The position numbers were made by a program, and so were the translations under genes. DNA of 64,000 nt from Octopus vulgaris. Taxonomy: Eukaryota. How positions within the stretch are numbered: position 1 is the stretch's first letter; each line of letters starts with the position of its first letter. Location: positions 30,132,001 to 30,196,000 of the forward strand of contig OX597832.1 of the NCBI GenBank assembly GCA_951406725.2. The letters are read 5' to 3'. The notes below the pieces were generated by a model that worked only from the letters and a program-made list of their open reading frames with translations, was not told the origin of the DNA and searched no databases. Positions 59,849 through 64,000 of this stretch are shown one piece after another.

Positions 59849-60321
59849 CCCAAAACGAAATATTTATATATATAATTACGTGCACATTTGGGTCTGTGAG
59901 AGTTAGGAGCCACTGTGTAAAAAAAGATGAGAGAAAAAAGGGAGTAAGAAATACATCTATATATTTGCATATATATACGTGTGCGTATGTGCGTACAAGG
60001 CGTGTGTGTGTGCGTGTATGTGTGTGTGTGTGTGTGCGTGTGTAATGGAAGGATGTGCATGAGACGGGTGCGTTAGATGTTGACAAAAGCAAAAAACAAT
60101 GCATTGGTCTTCCTTAAGAGTTGGTTTCTGCATCTCACTTAAAACTGGAAGAGTGAAACGGTGAAAGGTCGATGTCAGAACGATAACTGTGTAAATAAAA
60201 GAAAAAACAAAAAAAAGAAAACAAAAAGCAAAAAAGAAATGGACGTTTGTGTTTCCCTGTTTTTGTTCATCACAGAACTTCACCGATGTTCTGACACCAA
60301 TGTATACATACGTATATACAT

Positions 60322-60408
<87 letters not shown>

Positions 60409-60439
60409 CATATGTATATATATATACATATACATATAA

Positions 60440-60482
<43 letters not shown>

Positions 60483-60618
60483 CATATACATATATATATA
60501 TATACATATATATATATACATATATATATGTATGTATATATATATATCTATATATATATATATATATGTATGTATATATATATGTATATGTATTTATATA
60601 TATATATATATGTATATA

Positions 60619-60734
<116 letters not shown>

Positions 60735-61870
60735 TATATGTTTATATATATATATGATGGAGCTGGAGGAGAGCAGGAAGAAAAGAGGAAAAGAATAAAA
60801 GATGAGCTCAACTACTCTTGTATAAATTATTCTCTATAATTCCGAGTTGAAAGATAAATAATTTCACGTTATTTCACGAGTGTTCCGTGTTCCTGTATTT
60901 TCTCATTGTGTTTACATGTTTTTCTATCCATTGTTAACCATTCCTAGAATTGCGAACAGTAGAGTGTAACCATTCTTTCTCACTGAGAATCCGTCATATA
61001 ACGCAGACACCACCTTTACAGCGGTTCTCTAGAGAAATGGCGAGAAAACATTACCAGATTATTGATCAAATATCAAAGAATACGCGACTTAGGACCATTG
61101 TTATGGTTTCTTGACTCGGATATAATAACATTAAGATAATCCGTTAATTCTTCTTTTCATCGGTAAAAAAAAAAAAAGAATAAAAAGATATAGAAATAAA
61201 ACACTCCAGGGTGGAGGAGGGAGGGAAATGTGTGAAAAATATCAAAGAAAGAGATCGCTTCCATGTTAAGTGAGCATCGATCTGGGCGAAATTAGAACAA
61301 ATATTAGTTCTGTGTTAAAATATCGGATGAATAATCATCTACGTTTTAAGCCAAATGGCTGAGTGAAGAAGATGGCGTCTGACTGATGGATGCGGGCCAG
61401 GGTTAAGCTGTGGAAAGTGACACTATTATAGCAGCTTTTATAAACAGAAGCTAATAATTTGTTCCAGTTGGTCAGAAACGACACAACAGCTATTTAGGAC
61501 AGTAAAAAAGAGGATAATGGAATATCTGGAGAAACAGAACTGCGAGCGATCGAATGCAAAAACGAATCCAAAAGCTGTAATTTTCTTCTGCTTCTTCTAA
61601 GAATTAGCAGAGTTTAAGATTAATGTAGAGTAAAAATGATTTAATGGATGAAGATTTTGAATTCCAATTTATGAGTTTAATTAATGAGTAGGTAACGGCT
61701 TTATGGGACTCTTGGAAGTATTTATCATATAATTAAGATTAAGTGATGAAAGAATTAATTCATTTGTACATAATTAGAATAACTGAAACGGTAATTAGAT
61801 CTCGTCTGTTCAGGTAGAAAACTTCGCTTTATGTAACGTTGTAATGTTCGACAACAATGGTAATGTTGTA

Positions 61871-62374
61871 CACCGCTCCGCAGTCGATTCGCCGCGGCAC
61901 ACTGGTGTGCCGCGAGACGATGCTAGGTGTGCCGCTGTGTAACCTGAATATAATTGTTTCCCTTATACTTTTAGTTATATTTTTAGTTCAAGCTGTGCCG
62001 CCGAATTTTGAAAAGAATATAAGTGTGTCGCAATCGCCCTTCTGAAATCGTAACGCCACCGTCGTGGAGGCCTTCCGAGGGGTCGTTTCCGCTCGCGCGG
62101 GTACCACTCGACAACTGCGCGGATCCACCGATTATCGGTGAGCCGGGCGACGTGTCCAGCCCATCTAAACTTGCTGCGTGTATATTCTACGATGACATCC
62201 CTCACGCCGGACTTCTCTCTGGGATCACGACGTGGATGAGAAAGGCGCGATCCAGTGAGGAGTGGACAGCATGCTGTGACCAACGGTGTCAAATGGACGC
62301 CCGACGGACTGGTCGGTCAAGGTGATATCAAGGTGATAAATGTATCGCAAGTGAGAAAAGGTTGCGGAGCATTG
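61871..62374. mobile_element. hAT-like MITE interrupted by the RTE insertion
   Basis: Imperfect TIRs caccgctccgcagtc / ggttgcggagcattg, with internal gtgtgccgc repeats. Confidence 0.55.
62034..62337. mobile_element. 5'-inverted, truncated RTE-clade LINE
   Basis: Minus strand KFRWAGHVARLTDNRW..WYPRERKRPLGRPPRRW. The continuation TTWMRKARSSEEW is on +, followed by a (caaggtgata)2 tail. Imperfect TSD aagtgtgtcgcaa/aaatgtatcgcaa. Confidence 0.8.
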
Positions 62375-62782
62375 ATGTATCATAGTAGGCATTGAAATAA
62401 CTTCAACTGGAAACTGACACCGTATCATTGGCTCTTCCGCCGGAAGTTAAATTCTTTGTCTCTGCTAATGACTACTGATGCGATTAGTTATGTCTACACA
62501 TATCTTGCGTGGTTTCTATGCTTCACAACAATAAATTTAACGGAATCACAATCGGAGTCTGTAAAGAGCATCATGTTACACAAAGTATAGTATACACTAT
62601 ACAAATATATACACTCAACTTCTCTTATCAGAGAAGAAACCTGAAATTTCCAGATGTGTTGTTGATGCAATATTTTGCAGATGCAACCATGTTGGAAATA
62701 AAATGTCAGTTTTATATAAATAAGTGTGTACATATGTTCAACTGTATGCATATGTACGTATATATATGTACATAAACTTATG

Positions 62783-62989
<207 letters not shown>

Positions 62990-63072
62990 TATTATTAAAC
63001 CACTATTTTGCAAAACAAACAAGGAAAGACTTAATCAATACATAAAATTTTAATAAAAAGTAAAAAAAACCG

Positions 63073-63115
63073 CCACTACAATTGTTTCTTGTCCTGATCG
63101 ACAATCTTCAGGTGG
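63073..63115 (-). ncRNA. Minimal type I hammerhead ribozyme (inverted twin of 63162-63204)
   Basis: Exact reverse complement of the + strand motif, in the left arm of the 62997-63277 palindrome. Confidence 0.9.
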
Positions 63116-63161
63116 ATTTCCAATAAGTCAGTTTCAAATTTGAAACTGACTTATTGGAAAT

Positions 63162-63204
63162 CCACCTGAAGATTGTCGATCAGGACAAGAAACAATTGTA
63201 GTGG
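63162..63204 (+). ncRNA. Minimal type I hammerhead ribozyme
   Basis: CCAC-CTGAAGA-TTGTC(GATCAG)GACAA-GAA-ACAATTGT-A-GTGG: stem I CCAC/GTGG, intact core, 5-bp stem II, palindromic stem III, GUA cleavage triplet (cut after 63200). Confidence 0.9.
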
Positions 63205-63377
63205 CGGTTTTTTTTACTTTTTAAAATTTTATGTATTGATTAAGTCTTTCCTTGTTTGTTTTGCAAAATAGTGGTTTTGTCTCTAATTAATATTATATAA
63301 TATTTTACTATAAAATTGGATTTAATCCTAAATCTGATTTTTTCCCTGTAAATTTGGATTTATTCCCTAATATTTAT

Positions 63378-63412
<35 letters not shown>

Positions 63413-63519
63413 TCAATATGCATCTACAGTGGTAGCAATTGCACGATCTTCTGGGATGAGTCGGACACCTATATGGACGACTGTAACATAATAAAGACAA
63501 TGTTTTAGCCCATATCAAA

Positions 63520-63975
63520 TCTGAAACCCCAGGGATGAAGAACTCTGCCATCAATTAGAAAAGAGGCAAAATCTTTGAAGAAATGGTAAGTCTTTTTTCT
63601 CTTTGGATTTTTAGGTTGAATCGTCAGTGTGCTTCTATTAGTCAAGAAATCATTCAAGAGAAAGCGTTGCCTTTGTTTGAGGACCTGAAGAAAAAAATAC
63701 CCAGATGAGAAAGATGTAGAGTTTAAGGCAAGTCAAGGATGGTTCATGAGATGTAAGGAGTGAAGAAGTTATCACTCCATTCAGCTGACGAACATGTAGC
63801 AGCGGAATTTCCTGATGCATTAAAGAAAGTCATCGAAGAAAACGGGTTCTACCCTAACAGATTTTTAACGTAGACGAGACTGGGTTGTATTGGAAAAAAT
63901 TGCCAGACCGTTCATTTATTTCCAAGGAGAAAACTATTGCAGGCTATAAGATCTCAAAAGAACGTGTGACAAGTA
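63520..63975 (+). mobile_element. Degenerate pogo/Tigger (CENP-B-like) transposase fragment
   Basis: FKASQGWFMR, FPDALKKVIEENG and IFNVDETGLYWKKLPDRSFISKE, with stops and frameshifts. Confidence 0.85.
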
Positions 63976-64000
63976 AATTCAGTCTAGCCTAGCCTAGAGA

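Larger units (their letters stand above)
62997..63277. mobile_element. Spacer-less ~140-bp-arm palindrome next to a long (TA)n; putative Penelope-like pLTR foldback
   Basis: Centre caaa|tttg at 63138/63139. The arms appear identical apart from a 3-nt indel, and each carries a hammerhead. Confidence 0.75.

Overview
This is AT-rich, extremely microsatellite-dense animal genomic DNA, probably a coleoid cephalopod such as octopus (inferred from the repeat landscape, not verified). The only host gene I can support is a SHOX/Shox2-type paired-like homeobox gene on the + strand. It has a 58-bp micro-exon encoding homeodomain helix 3 (43557-43614, missed by the ORF track), spliced across a ~15.4-kb intron to a terminal exon with a poly-Ala tract and OAR domain (59027-59346). 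I did not find its 5' homeobox exon, so most of 1-43556 is probably intron. The rest is transposon debris: several tRNA-derived SINE families, mariner, pogo/Tigger, hAT MITE, Helitron-like, R4/Dong-like, RTE and Gypsy fragments, plus mini- and microsatellites. The most striking signal is about a dozen type I hammerhead ribozyme motifs from several unrelated sequence families. Most are minimal (palindromic stem III), lie in short elements inserted in (TA)n tracts and are often arranged as foldback inverted repeats, which fits Penelope-like pLTR remnants. One is a full hammerhead inside a 340-bp direct-repeat unit, a candidate retrozyme/circRNA monomer. Nearly all ORFs in the supplied track are microsatellite artefacts.
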